A DNA stretch of 50,313 nt from a virus (lineage: Duplodnaviria; Caudoviricetes). Position numbers and translations under genes: made by a program. The stretch covers positions 1-50,313 of IMG/VR virus record IMGVR_UViG_3300048853_000117, one strand, 5' to 3'. The notes below the pieces were generated by a model. That model saw only the letters and a list, made by a program, of their open reading frames with translations. It was not told the origin of the DNA and did no database searches. Shown here piece after piece: positions 8,987-18,368 of the stretch. The first letter of the stretch is position 1. Every line of letters begins with the position of its first letter.

Positions 8987-9465
8987 CCCTCCCGAACCGC
9001 ACCACCCTGGCGCAGCTCCGAGACATGACCGTCTCGCAAGTGGCGGCTCTGCCGGTCGCCGAGCTCGGCGCGCTGCTCGACGACGCCGCCGAGCTGAAGG
9101 CCGACGCGAAGCGCGTCGCCGACCTGCTGCACGACGCGCTGCACGCCCGCTTCGGTGCGGCGGCCGGCGCGGCGCGCCGGGCCGAAGGCAAGGATACCGG
9201 CCGCGTCCGCCTCGCGGAGGACGGCTTCGAGCTCGTCGCCGACCTCGCGAAGCGCGTCGAGTGGAACCAGGCCCGGCTCGCCGAGGCCGTGCGCACACTC
9301 CGGGACTGGGGCGAGAACCCGGCCGACTACGTCGCCACCGAGCTCCGCGTCCCCGAGGCCCGCTTCACCGCCTGGCCGCGGCGCATCCGCGCGCTGTTCG
9401 AGCCGGCCCGCACCGTCGCCCCCGGCCGCCCCTCCTACGCCCTCCAGCCGAAGGACCCCGCCTGA
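8983..9465 (+). CDS. Conserved phage hypothetical protein
   Basis: GKDTGRVR...ADLAKRVEWNQ...FEPARTV family signature, upstream of the AAA_24 gene. Confidence 0.75.
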   Translation: MTLPNRTTLAQLRDMTVSQVAALPVAELGALLDDAAELKADAKRVADLLHDALHARFGAAAGAARRAEGKDTGRVRLAEDGFELVADLAKRVEWNQARLAEAVRTLRDWGENPADYVATELRVPEARFTAWPRRIRALFEPARTVAPGRPSYALQPKDPA

Positions 9466-9650
9466 TGGCGCACGAGCTCCGCATCCAGGTCGCGATCCCG
9501 CTCGCCGGTGACGCGATCGCCCGCGCCAAGGACGTCGCCGCCTTCGAGCCGACGCTCGACGGCTTCGCCGAGGCGGTGGCGCGCGCCGGCGGCCAGATCA
9601 GCGTCGACGTCATCAAGGCGAAGCCGCGCGCGGCGAAGGAGACGCACTGA
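9465..9650 (+). CDS. Small hypothetical protein
   Basis: MAHELRIQ...; TGATG overlaps at both ends. Confidence 0.6.
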   Translation: MAHELRIQVAIPLAGDAIARAKDVAAFEPTLDGFAEAVARAGGQISVDVIKAKPRAAKETH

Positions 9651-10450
9651 TGGCGATCTCCCTCGACAGCCTGCGCCGCGGTGGCGCTCCCCGGCCTCCG
9701 CGCCTCCTCACCTACGGCGTGGCCGGCATCGGGAAATCCTCCTTCGCCGCCGCCGCGCCGGGCGCGATCGTCATTCAGACCGAGGACGGCCTCGGCAGCA
9801 TCGACGTCCCTACCTTCGGTCTGCTGCGCAGCTTCGACGCCGTGATGGAGGCGATCGGCAGCCTCTATGACGAGGCGCATGACTTCCAGACCGTCGTCGT
9901 CGATAGCCTGGACTGGCTGGAGCCGCTGATCTGGCAGCACACGGCGCAGCTGCACAACCAGCCGAACATCGAAGCCTTCGGCTACGGCAAGGGCTACCTC
10001 GCCGCGCTGGACACCTGGCGCAGCGTCCTGGAGGGGCTGAACGCGCTGCGCGACGAGCGCGGCATGGCGGTGATCCTCCTTGCCCACGCCGAGATCAAGC
10101 GCTTCGACAGCCCCGAGACCGAGCCCTACGACCGCTACCAGCCGAAGCTGCACGCGCGGGCCTCGGCGCTGGTGCAGGAGCACGTCGACGCCGTGCTCTT
10201 CGCCAACTACCGCATCACCACGTTGAAGTCCGACGTCGGCTTCAACAAGAAGGTGGTGCGCGGCGTCACCGGCGGTGACCGGCTGCTGCACACCGTCGAG
10301 CGTCCGGCCTTCCTCGCGAAGAACCGCTTCGGCCTGCCCGAGACGCTGCCGCTGTCCTGGCCCGACTTCGCCGCGGCCGTCCCCTTCTACGCCGCGCGGA
10401 ACGACGCGGCGCCGCCGTCCTCTCCCGCCGTCCCCGAAGCCCGGAGCTGA
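9650..10450 (+). CDS. AAA_24/Sak4-like ATPase (single-strand annealing recombinase)
   Basis: Walker A YGVAGIGKS, Walker B VVVDSLDW, AKNR arginine finger. Confidence 0.85.
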   Translation: MAISLDSLRRGGAPRPPRLLTYGVAGIGKSSFAAAAPGAIVIQTEDGLGSIDVPTFGLLRSFDAVMEAIGSLYDEAHDFQTVVVDSLDWLEPLIWQHTAQLHNQPNIEAFGYGKGYLAALDTWRSVLEGLNALRDERGMAVILLAHAEIKRFDSPETEPYDRYQPKLHARASALVQEHVDAVLFANYRITTLKSDVGFNKKVVRGVTGGDRLLHTVERPAFLAKNRFGLPETLPLSWPDFAAAVPFYAARNDAAPPSSPAVPEARS

Positions 10451-10453
10451 CCC

Positions 10454-10990
10454 ATGGCCCTGCTGAACGCCGCCTTCGACGCCTCAGCCGTCGCGCCCGC
10501 CGAGCCGCTGGAGCTGTTGCCGCCCGGCCGCTACCTCGCCCAGATCGTCGAGAGCGAGATGCTTCCGACCAAGGCCGGCGACGGCCAGTACCTGAAGCTT
10601 GTCATGGAGGTGCTGGAGGGACCGCACTCGCGCCGGAAGATCTTCGACCAGCTCAACCTGGTGAACCGAAACGAGCAGACGGTCGAGATCGCGCAGCGGC
10701 ACCTCTCCGCGATCTGCCACGCGGTCGGCCAGATCCAGGTCACCGACAGCGAGCAGCTGCACATCCGGCCGCTTGCGGTGACGCTGAAGGTCGAGCCGGC
10801 CGGCCCCGACCGCTACGGCGTGCACCGCGAGGCGCGGAACAAGGTGAGCGGCTACGCCGCGGCGAACCCGGCGCCCGCGGCCTCCGCCCCGCGCCCCACA
10901 GCAACCGCGCGTCCCGCCTCCGCTCCGCCGGCCGCGCCGCCCGCGAGGCCCGGCGCCGCCGCGACGCCGCCCTGGCGGCGGAACGGCTGA
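10454..10990 (+). CDS. DUF669 family single-stranded DNA-binding protein
   Basis: LPPGRYLAQI...GQYLKL...EIAQRHLSAIC; Pro/Ala tail ending PPW; follows Sak4. Confidence 0.8.
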   Translation: MALLNAAFDASAVAPAEPLELLPPGRYLAQIVESEMLPTKAGDGQYLKLVMEVLEGPHSRRKIFDQLNLVNRNEQTVEIAQRHLSAICHAVGQIQVTDSEQLHIRPLAVTLKVEPAGPDRYGVHREARNKVSGYAAANPAPAASAPRPTATARPASAPPAAPPARPGAAATPPWRRNG

Positions 10991-11000
10991 GGGCCGCCTT

Positions 11001-12098
11001 ATGGTCGCCCTTCCGCCCCCGCCGGCCCCGACCGTCGCCGCCATCTACGGCGCCTATGAGGCGGCGGCGGACGCGGGCTGGCGCACCCACCTCGGCGCCT
11101 CGCTGATCGGCGGGGAGTGCGAGCGCGCGCTCTGGTACTCCTTCCGCTGGGCCACCCGGGCCCGGCACACCGGCCGGCTCCTGCGCCTGTTCGAGACCGG
11201 CAACCTGGCGGAGGCGCGCTTCGTCGCCGACCTCCGCCGGATCGGCGTGACGGTGCTCGACCTCGACCCCGCGACCGGCCGCCAGTGGACGCTGCGCGAC
11301 GCCAGCGGCCACTTCGGCGGCAGCATGGACGCCGTCGCCATCGGCTTCCCCGAGGCCCCGAAGGCCTGGCACGTCTGCGAGTTCAAGACGCATGGCGCGA
11401 AGTCCTTCGCCCGGCTGAAGGCCGAGGGGGTCGCGGCGTCGAAGCCCACCCACTGGGCGCAGATGCAGGCCTACATGCAGCTCGCCGGCATCGAGCGCGC
11501 CTTCTACCTCGCGGTCTGCAAGGACACCGACGAACTCTACCAGGAGCGGGTGCGCCACGACCCTGCGGCCGCCCTGCGCATCCTGGCGAAGGCCGGGCGC
11601 GTGGTCGGCGCGGCTCGCCCGCCGGCTCGAATCAGCGAGGACCCGGCCTGGTGGCAGTGCCGCCTCTGCGAGCACGCCGCGGTCTGCCACGAGGGCGCGG
11701 CGGTGGAGAGGCACTGCCGCTCCTGCCTGCACGCCTCGCCGGTGGAGGCCGGCGCCTGGCGCTGCGCCCGGCACGGCGTGCCGCTGTCGCGGCGCGACCA
11801 GGAGGCCGGCTGCGCCGCGCACCTCTACGTCCCCGACCTTGTCCGCGGCGAGCAGCTCGACGCCGGCGAGGACTGGGTGAGCTACCGGCTGCCGGACGGC
11901 AGCGAGTGGCGGGACGGCGTGCCGGCCGCCGAGCCGCCGGTCGTTTCACACGGCCCCTGCAGCCGCTGCGGCGCGGACGGCTACCACGTCCGGCCCGGCA
12001 CGGGCCCGCATCCCTTCGGCCTGACCTGCACGAGCTGCGGCCATCGCGGGCGCTGGCTTGGCCGGGCCGAGGCGGCGGCGCGGGGCATCGCGGCATGA
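11001..12098 (+). CDS. Cas4/YqaJ-like PD-(D/E)XK exonuclease with Fe-S cysteines and a C-terminal Zn ribbon
   Basis: HLGASLIGGECER, GSMD, EFKT, QMQAYM, CRLC...C. Confidence 0.8.
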   Translation: MVALPPPPAPTVAAIYGAYEAAADAGWRTHLGASLIGGECERALWYSFRWATRARHTGRLLRLFETGNLAEARFVADLRRIGVTVLDLDPATGRQWTLRDASGHFGGSMDAVAIGFPEAPKAWHVCEFKTHGAKSFARLKAEGVAASKPTHWAQMQAYMQLAGIERAFYLAVCKDTDELYQERVRHDPAAALRILAKAGRVVGAARPPARISEDPAWWQCRLCEHAAVCHEGAAVERHCRSCLHASPVEAGAWRCARHGVPLSRRDQEAGCAAHLYVPDLVRGEQLDAGEDWVSYRLPDGSEWRDGVPAAEPPVVSHGPCSRCGADGYHVRPGTGPHPFGLTCTSCGHRGRWLGRAEAAARGIAA

Positions 12099-13678
12099 CG
12101 CTGTCGCTCCGGCCCTACCAGCGCGCCGCGATCGACGCGCTCTACGACTACTTCGGCGGGAACACCGGGAACCCGCTCGTTGTGATGCCGACCGGCACCG
12201 GGAAGTCCGTCGTCATCGGCGGCTTCATCCGCGAGGCGATCGCCGCCTACGGCGACACCCGCGTCCTCGTCCTCACCCACGTCCGCGAGCTGATCCAGCA
12301 GAACTTCATGGCGCTGCTGCGCGCCTGGCCCGAGGCCCCGGCCGGCATCTACTCCGCCGGCCTCTCCCGCCGTGACATCCGGGCGCAGATCCTCTTCGCG
12401 GGGATCCAGTCCATCCACCGGCACGCCTACCAGGTGCAGCGTTGCGACCTGGTGCTGATCGACGAGGCGCACCTGCTCGGCCGCGGGGATAGCGGCATGT
12501 ACCGCTCCTTCCTGAAGCAGCTGGACGAGATCAACGCCGGCCTGCTGAAGGTGGTGGGCTTTACCGCGACGCCCTACCGGCTCGACAGCGGCCTGCTGCA
12601 CGAGGGCAAGGACCGGCTGTTCACCGACATCGCCTACGAGGTGCCGGTGCTGGACATGGTCCGGCAGGGCTACCTCTGCCCGGTGGTGCCGAAGCAGACC
12701 GAGACGCAGCTCGACGTCGCCGGCGTCGGCAGCCGCGGCGGCGAGTTCGTGGCGAAGGAGCTCGAGGCGGCGGTGGATCGCGACGAGGTAACCAGGGCAG
12801 CGGTGACGGAGATCGTTCGGCACGACGAGGGCCGCGGCTCCTGGCTGGTGTTCTGCTCCGGCGTCGCCCACGCCCGCCATGTCCGCGACGCGATCCGCGA
12901 GCACGGCATCTCCTGCGAGACGGTCACCGGCGACACACCCGCCCCGGAGCGCGACGGCATCCTCGCCGCGTTCAAGGCGGGCCGGCTGCGCTGCGTCACC
13001 AACGCCAACGTGCTGACCACCGGCTTCGACGCGCCGGGCGTCGACCTGATCGCGCTGCTGCGCCCCACGAAGAGCGTCGGGCTCTACGTGCAGATGGTCG
13101 GGCGCGGCACCCGCCTCGCCGAGGGCAAGGACGACTGCCTCGTTCTGGACTTCGCCGGCAACACGGCGCGGCACGGCCCGATCGACACGGTGGACGGGCG
13201 GAAGAAGGAACCGGCCGGTGACGGCGAGGCCCCGATCAAGGTCTGCCCGGAGTGCGAGACCATCAACCATGCTAGCGCCCGGCGCTGCATCGAGTGCGAC
13301 CACGAGTTCCCACCGCCGGTGGTGAAGGTCGCCCCGCAGGCCGCATCCAACGCCTTGCTGTCGATCCAGCAGCAGCCCGAGTGGTGCGAGGTGACGGGCA
13401 TCTTCTACGCCCGGCATGAGAAGCCCGGGAAGCCGCCTTCCCTCCGCGTGACCTACGAGTGCGGCTTGGCGCGTCACAGCGAGTGGGTGTGCTTCGAGCA
13501 CACCGGCTTCCCGCGGGAGAAGGCGATCAAGTGGTGGGCGCGTAGGGCCGATGGCCGACCCGTGCCCGACAGGGTCGAGGAAGCGCTGGCGGCGACATCG
13601 GTGCTGCGCCGGCCCAGCGCGATCCAGGTGCGGCCCGCCGGCCAGTACACCGAGATCGTCGCCGCGAGGTTCGGGTGA
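12095..13678 (+). CDS. SF2 DEAH-box helicase with Zn ribbon
   Basis: LRPYQ, PTGTGKS, DEAH, TAT, TTGFD, QMVGRG, CPEC/CIEC; start MTLSL at 12095. Confidence 0.92.
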   Translation: MTLSLRPYQRAAIDALYDYFGGNTGNPLVVMPTGTGKSVVIGGFIREAIAAYGDTRVLVLTHVRELIQQNFMALLRAWPEAPAGIYSAGLSRRDIRAQILFAGIQSIHRHAYQVQRCDLVLIDEAHLLGRGDSGMYRSFLKQLDEINAGLLKVVGFTATPYRLDSGLLHEGKDRLFTDIAYEVPVLDMVRQGYLCPVVPKQTETQLDVAGVGSRGGEFVAKELEAAVDRDEVTRAAVTEIVRHDEGRGSWLVFCSGVAHARHVRDAIREHGISCETVTGDTPAPERDGILAAFKAGRLRCVTNANVLTTGFDAPGVDLIALLRPTKSVGLYVQMVGRGTRLAEGKDDCLVLDFAGNTARHGPIDTVDGRKKEPAGDGEAPIKVCPECETINHASARRCIECDHEFPPPVVKVAPQAASNALLSIQQQPEWCEVTGIFYARHEKPGKPPSLRVTYECGLARHSEWVCFEHTGFPREKAIKWWARRADGRPVPDRVEEALAATSVLRRPSAIQVRPAGQYTEIVAARFG

Positions 13679-14025
13679 GATGCGCGGCCTGTGGTCTCCG
13701 CACCGGGCGCGGCTTCGGGTGGTTCGACCCGTCTCGCATGCCCCCCATGCCGCTGCCGGCGTGCTCGATGCGCTGCATGAACGTGCTCTGCCGGAGGCGC
13801 GGCGTGGCTGACCCCGACGAGCACGAGACGGCCGCGATCGCGGCCGCCAGCCCAATGGCCGGCGAGTACCTGGAGAGCATCGGCAAGACCGACCTGGCGA
13901 TGCTCTCCGAGGCCGAGTGGCTGACGCTGCTCGAAGTGGTGGTCACCGCCTACCAGGACGAGCTTGCGCGGCGGCTCGATGCGGGCCGGCGCACAGCAGC
14001 GCTGGCGGCGGAGGCCAGGCCATGA
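13675..14025 (+). CDS. DUF6511-like protein with N-terminal Cys motif
   Basis: GEYLESIGKTDLA...EWLTLLEVVVTAYQ. Confidence 0.7.
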   Translation: MRCAACGLRTGRGFGWFDPSRMPPMPLPACSMRCMNVLCRRRGVADPDEHETAAIAAASPMAGEYLESIGKTDLAMLSEAEWLTLLEVVVTAYQDELARRLDAGRRTAALAAEARP

Positions 14026-14402
14026 GCGGCGTGACGTCCACGCGCGAAGCGGCGCGCCGGCTCGGGCTTTCGGACACGGCGCTGCGCAAGGCGGAGCGCG
14101 CGGGGCGCATCGCGCGCGAGCCCGACGGGTCATGGGACGTCGAGTGCGTGCGGCGGGCCCTCGCGAAGAGACAAAAATTCGTCGCGTCTGGCCCGGCGCC
14201 CTGGTCGAGATTCGCGCAGCGCCTCCCGACGCCAGGTCCGGACATCGCCGGCGCCGCCAGGAGCCTTTACGAGGAACTCGAGAAGGCGCGTCAGGCGCTG
14301 GACCGCGCCGCACGGCAGATCGCGGCGCTCTATCCCGAGATCCTCCGGCTCGAACGCGCCTGCGACGCCGCCATCGCGGCTCAGGAGCGGGAGGAAGCAT
14401 GA
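14022..14402 (+). CDS. HTH protein, paralogous to the TerS N-terminus
   Basis: STREAARRLGLSDTALRKAERAGRIAREPDGSWDVE aligns with the product of 23178-23753. Confidence 0.7.
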   Translation: MSGVTSTREAARRLGLSDTALRKAERAGRIAREPDGSWDVECVRRALAKRQKFVASGPAPWSRFAQRLPTPGPDIAGAARSLYEELEKARQALDRAARQIAALYPEILRLERACDAAIAAQEREEA

Positions 14403-16720
14403 GCGATCGCCCGTCCTTCATGGCCGACTACGGCGAGCGGCTGGTCGACAACGGCTACCCGGCCATTCCGATCATTCCGGGCAGCAAGGTGCCGGGGCGC
14501 TTCACCGGCGGGGAATGGTCGCCCTACCCGGACTGGGCTCGGCATTGCGAGCGGCCGACGAAGCCCTTCGAGGTCGACATCTGGCGCCGCTGGCCGGGCT
14601 GCGGCGTTGGCATCGCCACCGGTCCGGTGGTCGGCATCGATCTCGACATTCTGGATGCCACGCTGGCCGTCCAACTCGCCGAGCTGGCGGCCGGCATGCT
14701 GGGCGACACCCCTTGCTGGCGCATCGGCCACGCCCCGAAGCGCATGCTGGTCTACCGGGCTGACGGCCCCTTCGCCGGCCGCAAGCGACACCCGCTCGAG
14801 CTCCTGGCCCGCGGGCAGCAGTTCGTCGCCTACGCGGTGCATCCGGACACCGGGCAGCCCTACGAGTGGCCCGAGGAGAGCCTCCTCGACGTGCCGCTGG
14901 CCTCGCTGCCGGCGGTGGACGAGGCGGCCTGCCTGGCCTTCCTCGACGCGGCCTGGCGGCTGGTGCCGGACGAGGTCCGGGTGAATTCGATCCTGGCGCA
15001 GGCCCCGACCAGCGCCTGGCGTGGTCCGAGCGATCCGAAGGGCACGCGGGAAGCCATCGCTTCGGCGCTGGCCTGGCTGCCGAACGACGACCTGCCGGGC
15101 AACGAGTGGATCACCGTCGGCGCGGCGGTCAAGGCGGCGCTCGGCGACGCGGGACGCGACCTCTGGCTCGACTGGTCGCGCCAGTCGCGGAAGTCGGGCC
15201 AGTCCGGCCGCTCCGACACGCCCGAGCGGCGCTGGGCCTCGCTCCGGCCGCACAGCGTCGGCGCCGGCACGATCTACTGGCTTGCCGAGCAGCGGGGCTG
15301 GGTGCCGGATCCGGCGCTCACCCTGAACGGCACGCTGGCGGAGCAGGCGGCGCAGCCTCACCCCGCGGCCGGCCTGCTGGCGAAGGCCGCCGCTGCGCCG
15401 CTCCCCGCCGCGCCGCCGCCCAGGCCCTACCGCGTGCCGCCCGATCTGCTGGATGTCGACGGTGTCCTGCGGCTGTTCGTGGACTACGCCACCCGCAGCG
15501 CCGTCAGCCCGCAACCGTTCCTGGCGCTCGGCGCCGGCCTGTGCCTCGTCGGCGCGCTCGCCGGCCGGCGCTACCGCACGCCGACCGACCTCCGCAGCAA
15601 CCTCTACGCCATCGGCATCGCCGACAGCGGCGGTGGCAAGGACCACGCGCGCCGCTGCGCCAAGCGCGTCCTCTATGCGGCGGGCCTCGACCGCTATCTC
15701 GGCGGCGAGGACCTCGCGTCGTCGGCGGGGCTGCTCACCTCCCTGCAGCGCCATCCCGCCCGGCTGTTCCAGGTGGACGAGTTCGGTCAGTTCCTGCGCC
15801 TGGTCCTGAGCCAGCGGGCGCCGGCGCACAAGGCCGCCATCTGGGCCGAGCTGACGAAGCTCTACACCTCGGCGGCCGAGCCCTACATCGGGGCCGAGTA
15901 CGCCGATCAGAAGGCGCGGCCGCGCGTCACCATCGAGCAGCCCTGCGCCTGCATCTGGGGCGTCACGGTGCCCGGGCCGTTCTGGCAGGCGCTCGAGGGC
16001 GGTGCGCTCGCGGATGGCTCCATCGCGCGCTTCCTGGTCTTCCTCACCGACGAGGACTACCCGGAGCGCAACGAGACGCCGGCGTCGATGGACCCGCCGG
16101 CGGACCTCGTCGCCGCCGTCCAGGGTATCGCCCGCGGCGTGCCCGGCCACAGCCACGGCGGCAACATCGCCGACGCGATGGAGGCCTCGGCGCCGATCCA
16201 CGCCTACACCGTGCCGCTCAGCCCTGACGCCGAGACGGCCATGGCGGCGGTGCGGCGCGAGGCCACCGACCTGCTGCGCTCGCACCGAGGCACCTACGCC
16301 ACGGCGCTGTTCGGCCGCCACGCCGAGAACACGGCCAAGCTGGCCATGATCGCCGCCATCAGCCGCGACCCGGCGCGGCCGGTGACGGAGGCCCGCGACG
16401 TCACCTGGGCGTCGCGCCTGGTCGAGCACTGCGTCGCCACGATGCTCCGCGAGGCCGAGCGCCGGGTCGCCGACAACGACACCGAGGCCAAGCACAAGCG
16501 GCTCCTTGAGATCATCCGCGACGGGGGACGCCAGTCGCGCAGCGACGTCACGCGGCGCTCGCAGTTCCTGTCCCGCCGCGAGCGCGAGGAGATCCTCGCC
16601 TCGCTGCTCGAGGCGGGCCTGGTCGTCGCCGAGCAGGAACCCGGCACGACCAAGCCGACCACCTTCTACACCGCGGTCGCGCCGAGCAGGCCACCACTCT
16701 TCATGGGGGGCTCGCGATGA
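14399..16720 (+). CDS. Bifunctional primase-polymerase (Prim-Pol, PriCT-2, DUF3987-like helicase domain)
   Basis: IPIIPGSKVP, GIATG..VGIDLD, HPDTG, WITVGAAVK (PriCT-2), SGGGKD Walker A-like, DEFG; start 14399 with GGAGG RBS. Confidence 0.88.
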   Translation: MSDRPSFMADYGERLVDNGYPAIPIIPGSKVPGRFTGGEWSPYPDWARHCERPTKPFEVDIWRRWPGCGVGIATGPVVGIDLDILDATLAVQLAELAAGMLGDTPCWRIGHAPKRMLVYRADGPFAGRKRHPLELLARGQQFVAYAVHPDTGQPYEWPEESLLDVPLASLPAVDEAACLAFLDAAWRLVPDEVRVNSILAQAPTSAWRGPSDPKGTREAIASALAWLPNDDLPGNEWITVGAAVKAALGDAGRDLWLDWSRQSRKSGQSGRSDTPERRWASLRPHSVGAGTIYWLAEQRGWVPDPALTLNGTLAEQAAQPHPAAGLLAKAAAAPLPAAPPPRPYRVPPDLLDVDGVLRLFVDYATRSAVSPQPFLALGAGLCLVGALAGRRYRTPTDLRSNLYAIGIADSGGGKDHARRCAKRVLYAAGLDRYLGGEDLASSAGLLTSLQRHPARLFQVDEFGQFLRLVLSQRAPAHKAAIWAELTKLYTSAAEPYIGAEYADQKARPRVTIEQPCACIWGVTVPGPFWQALEGGALADGSIARFLVFLTDEDYPERNETPASMDPPADLVAAVQGIARGVPGHSHGGNIADAMEASAPIHAYTVPLSPDAETAMAAVRREATDLLRSHRGTYATALFGRHAENTAKLAMIAAISRDPARPVTEARDVTWASRLVEHCVATMLREAERRVADNDTEAKHKRLLEIIRDGGRQSRSDVTRRSQFLSRREREEILASLLEAGLVVAEQEPGTTKPTTFYTAVAPSRPPLFMGGSR

Positions 16721-16779
16721 AGAATCTCGGCGTCATGAGGAATCCCCGGGCCGGAACCCCAGGCGGGAGGCCGGCTCGG

Positions 16780-16900
16780 GGCGGATCTTCAATAGCTCAA
16801 TTTTTCCCGCGCGCACGCGAATGCACATGCACGCGCCCGGACGCAGGGGGAGAGAGACCTATTGAATTATCTTTATTATTGAATCTTCTCCCCTCCCCAG
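16780..16900. other. Putative phage replication origin
   Basis: AT-rich island right after the primase; TTCAATAG/CTATTGAA inverted pair and two TATTGAAT direct repeats. Confidence 0.45.
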
Positions 16901-16949
16901 GGGACGCCCGCACGCACGCGCACGCGCGCGAGACGACGGCGGCCGGCGC

Positions 16950-17180
16950 ATGAGGCTGCCTGGCGCCCCTCCTTCGCCGCGCTCCAGCCTCGACCGCGGC
17001 ACGCGCAGCCCGACCACCGAGGTCGAGCTCAGCGCCATGCGTGCCGCCGCTTGGCACCGGCACGGCGTCGCCGCGCTCGCCGTCCACGACATCGCCGACC
17101 CCTGGCTGCGCCAGGCGGTCATCAACGAAGCCACGCGGCGCTGGGGGCCGCGCAACGGGGGACAGCACGATGGCCGGTAA
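16950..17180 (+). CDS. Small hypothetical protein
   Basis: AAWHRHG...DPWLRQAVINEA.RRWG; overlaps the next gene. Confidence 0.65.
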   Translation: MRLPGAPPSPRSSLDRGTRSPTTEVELSAMRAAAWHRHGVAALAVHDIADPWLRQAVINEATRRWGPRNGGQHDGR

Positions 17181-17724
17181 GCGCAAGCCGAAGCGGGCGG
17201 CGACGGAGCACGAGGACCTGTCGAGGCCCTCGAAATGGCGGCTGCAGCACGGCGACTTCTCCGCGCCCGTCCGCGCAGCCGACCCGGAGACCGGCAGCCC
17301 GGTCGAGCACCGCCGCGCGGTGGACACGCTCGGGCTGATGCTCGCCCACGGCAGCATCACGCCGCAGATGCACGAGGCGGGGTGCATCTTCCGCACGCTG
17401 TTCCGCAGCGCCGCGATCGACAGCATGTCCACCTCGCAGCTGATCCGGCTGCCCGGCTCCACCGCGGACGGCATCTCGAACCGCCAGCTCGAGGCCCGGC
17501 GACGCGTGGCCGACGCCCTCGACGCGCTCGGCGGTCACGACAGCCCGGCCGGCTGCTGCGTGTGGTTCGTGGTCGGGCTGGAATTCTCGGTCCGCGAGTG
17601 GGCCATGCGCCAGGGCTGGTCCGGCCGCCCGGTGCATGGGCCGGTGGCGCAGGGCATGCTGGTCGCAGCGCTCGGGACGCTGGCCTCCCACTTCCGCCTG
17701 ACGCCACGCTCGCAGGCGGCGTGA
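17170..17724 (+). CDS. DUF6456-like protein (late-gene regulator position)
   Basis: ITPQMHEAG.FR.LF...ALDALGG..SPAG..VWFVVG.E.SVREWA...L.AAL.TLA.HF; last gene of the early operon. Confidence 0.7.
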   Translation: MAGKRKPKRAATEHEDLSRPSKWRLQHGDFSAPVRAADPETGSPVEHRRAVDTLGLMLAHGSITPQMHEAGCIFRTLFRSAAIDSMSTSQLIRLPGSTADGISNRQLEARRRVADALDALGGHDSPAGCCVWFVVGLEFSVREWAMRQGWSGRPVHGPVAQGMLVAALGTLASHFRLTPRSQAA

Positions 17725-17737
17725 CGCGGGTCGGCCG

Positions 17738-17950
17738 TCACTCCGGGCCGAGCACGTAGGCGACCGCCTCGGCGATGAGGGTCATCGGCAGAGCGGGGTG
17801 GCGCGCCAGGACGGCCTCGCGCACCGCCCTGCCGTCCCCGGCGCCGAGGCGCGGAATTGCCCCGGGCGGCCGTCGCGCCGCCCGGGCGGCGGCCAGGGCA
17901 GCGCTGCTCAGCCACGGGGGCGGAGGGCGGGACGGAGGGCCGTCGGGCAT
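17738..17950 (-). CDS. Hypothetical protein
   Basis: Short ORF with ATG start and a helical C-terminus; no recognised motif. Confidence 0.4.
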   Translation of the reverse strand: MPDGPPSRPPPPWLSSAALAAARAARRPPGAIPRLGAGDGRAVREAVLARHPALPMTLIAEAVAYVLGPE

Positions 17951-18029
17951 GCCCGACGATACCGCCCCCTACCAGAACAAGACAAGAACATGCTACACTC
18001 CCCGTGCACATCCCAGGAGCACTCGGCCT

Positions 18030-18368
18030 ATGGCTGCTCGCAAGCCCCGGGCAGCGCGTCCCGTCGACGCCGCCCTCAAGCGCCTGCTGGCGCTCGCCGC
18101 ACGCGGCGTGTCCCCCAACCGCATGGCGCGCGAGGTGGATGCCATCGTCGCCGAGTGGCGGCAGGGCGCGGCCGGCGAGGAAGGGGCCGACATCGATGAA
18201 CAGCTCGACGAGCTCTGCGAGCAGCTCACCGCCGGCGTCGCTGCGGCCGAGGAGGCCGTCTCCGACGTCGACGCGAGTGACGCGGGCGCGGTGAAGCAGG
18301 CGCGGCACATGCTGGCCGCCCTCGCAGCGACACGCGGCGCCGCGCAGGAAGCAAGAGCTGCGGCCTGA
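18030..18368 (+). CDS. Hypothetical acidic helical protein
   Basis: AGGAG RBS before ATG 18030; good codon bias. Confidence 0.6.
   Translation: MAARKPRAARPVDAALKRLLALAARGVSPNRMAREVDAIVAEWRQGAAGEEGADIDEQLDELCEQLTAGVAAAEEAVSDVDASDAGAVKQARHMLAALAATRGAAQEARAAA

Noticed and set aside
11117-12094. Extended starts of the helicase, and similarly of the primase (13964), the head protein (26768) and the 41237 ORF
   Set aside because: These are Arg/Pro-rich shadow frames overlapping real upstream genes; the true starts are at ATGA/TGATG overlaps
11001-12098. Cas4-like gene as evidence of a CRISPR system
   Set aside because: No repeat-spacer array or other cas genes; the context is a phage Sak4/SSB recombination module
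16717-16953. 78-aa ORF after the primase
   Set aside because: It crosses an AT-rich repeat island with poor codon bias and is better explained as an origin or regulatory DNA
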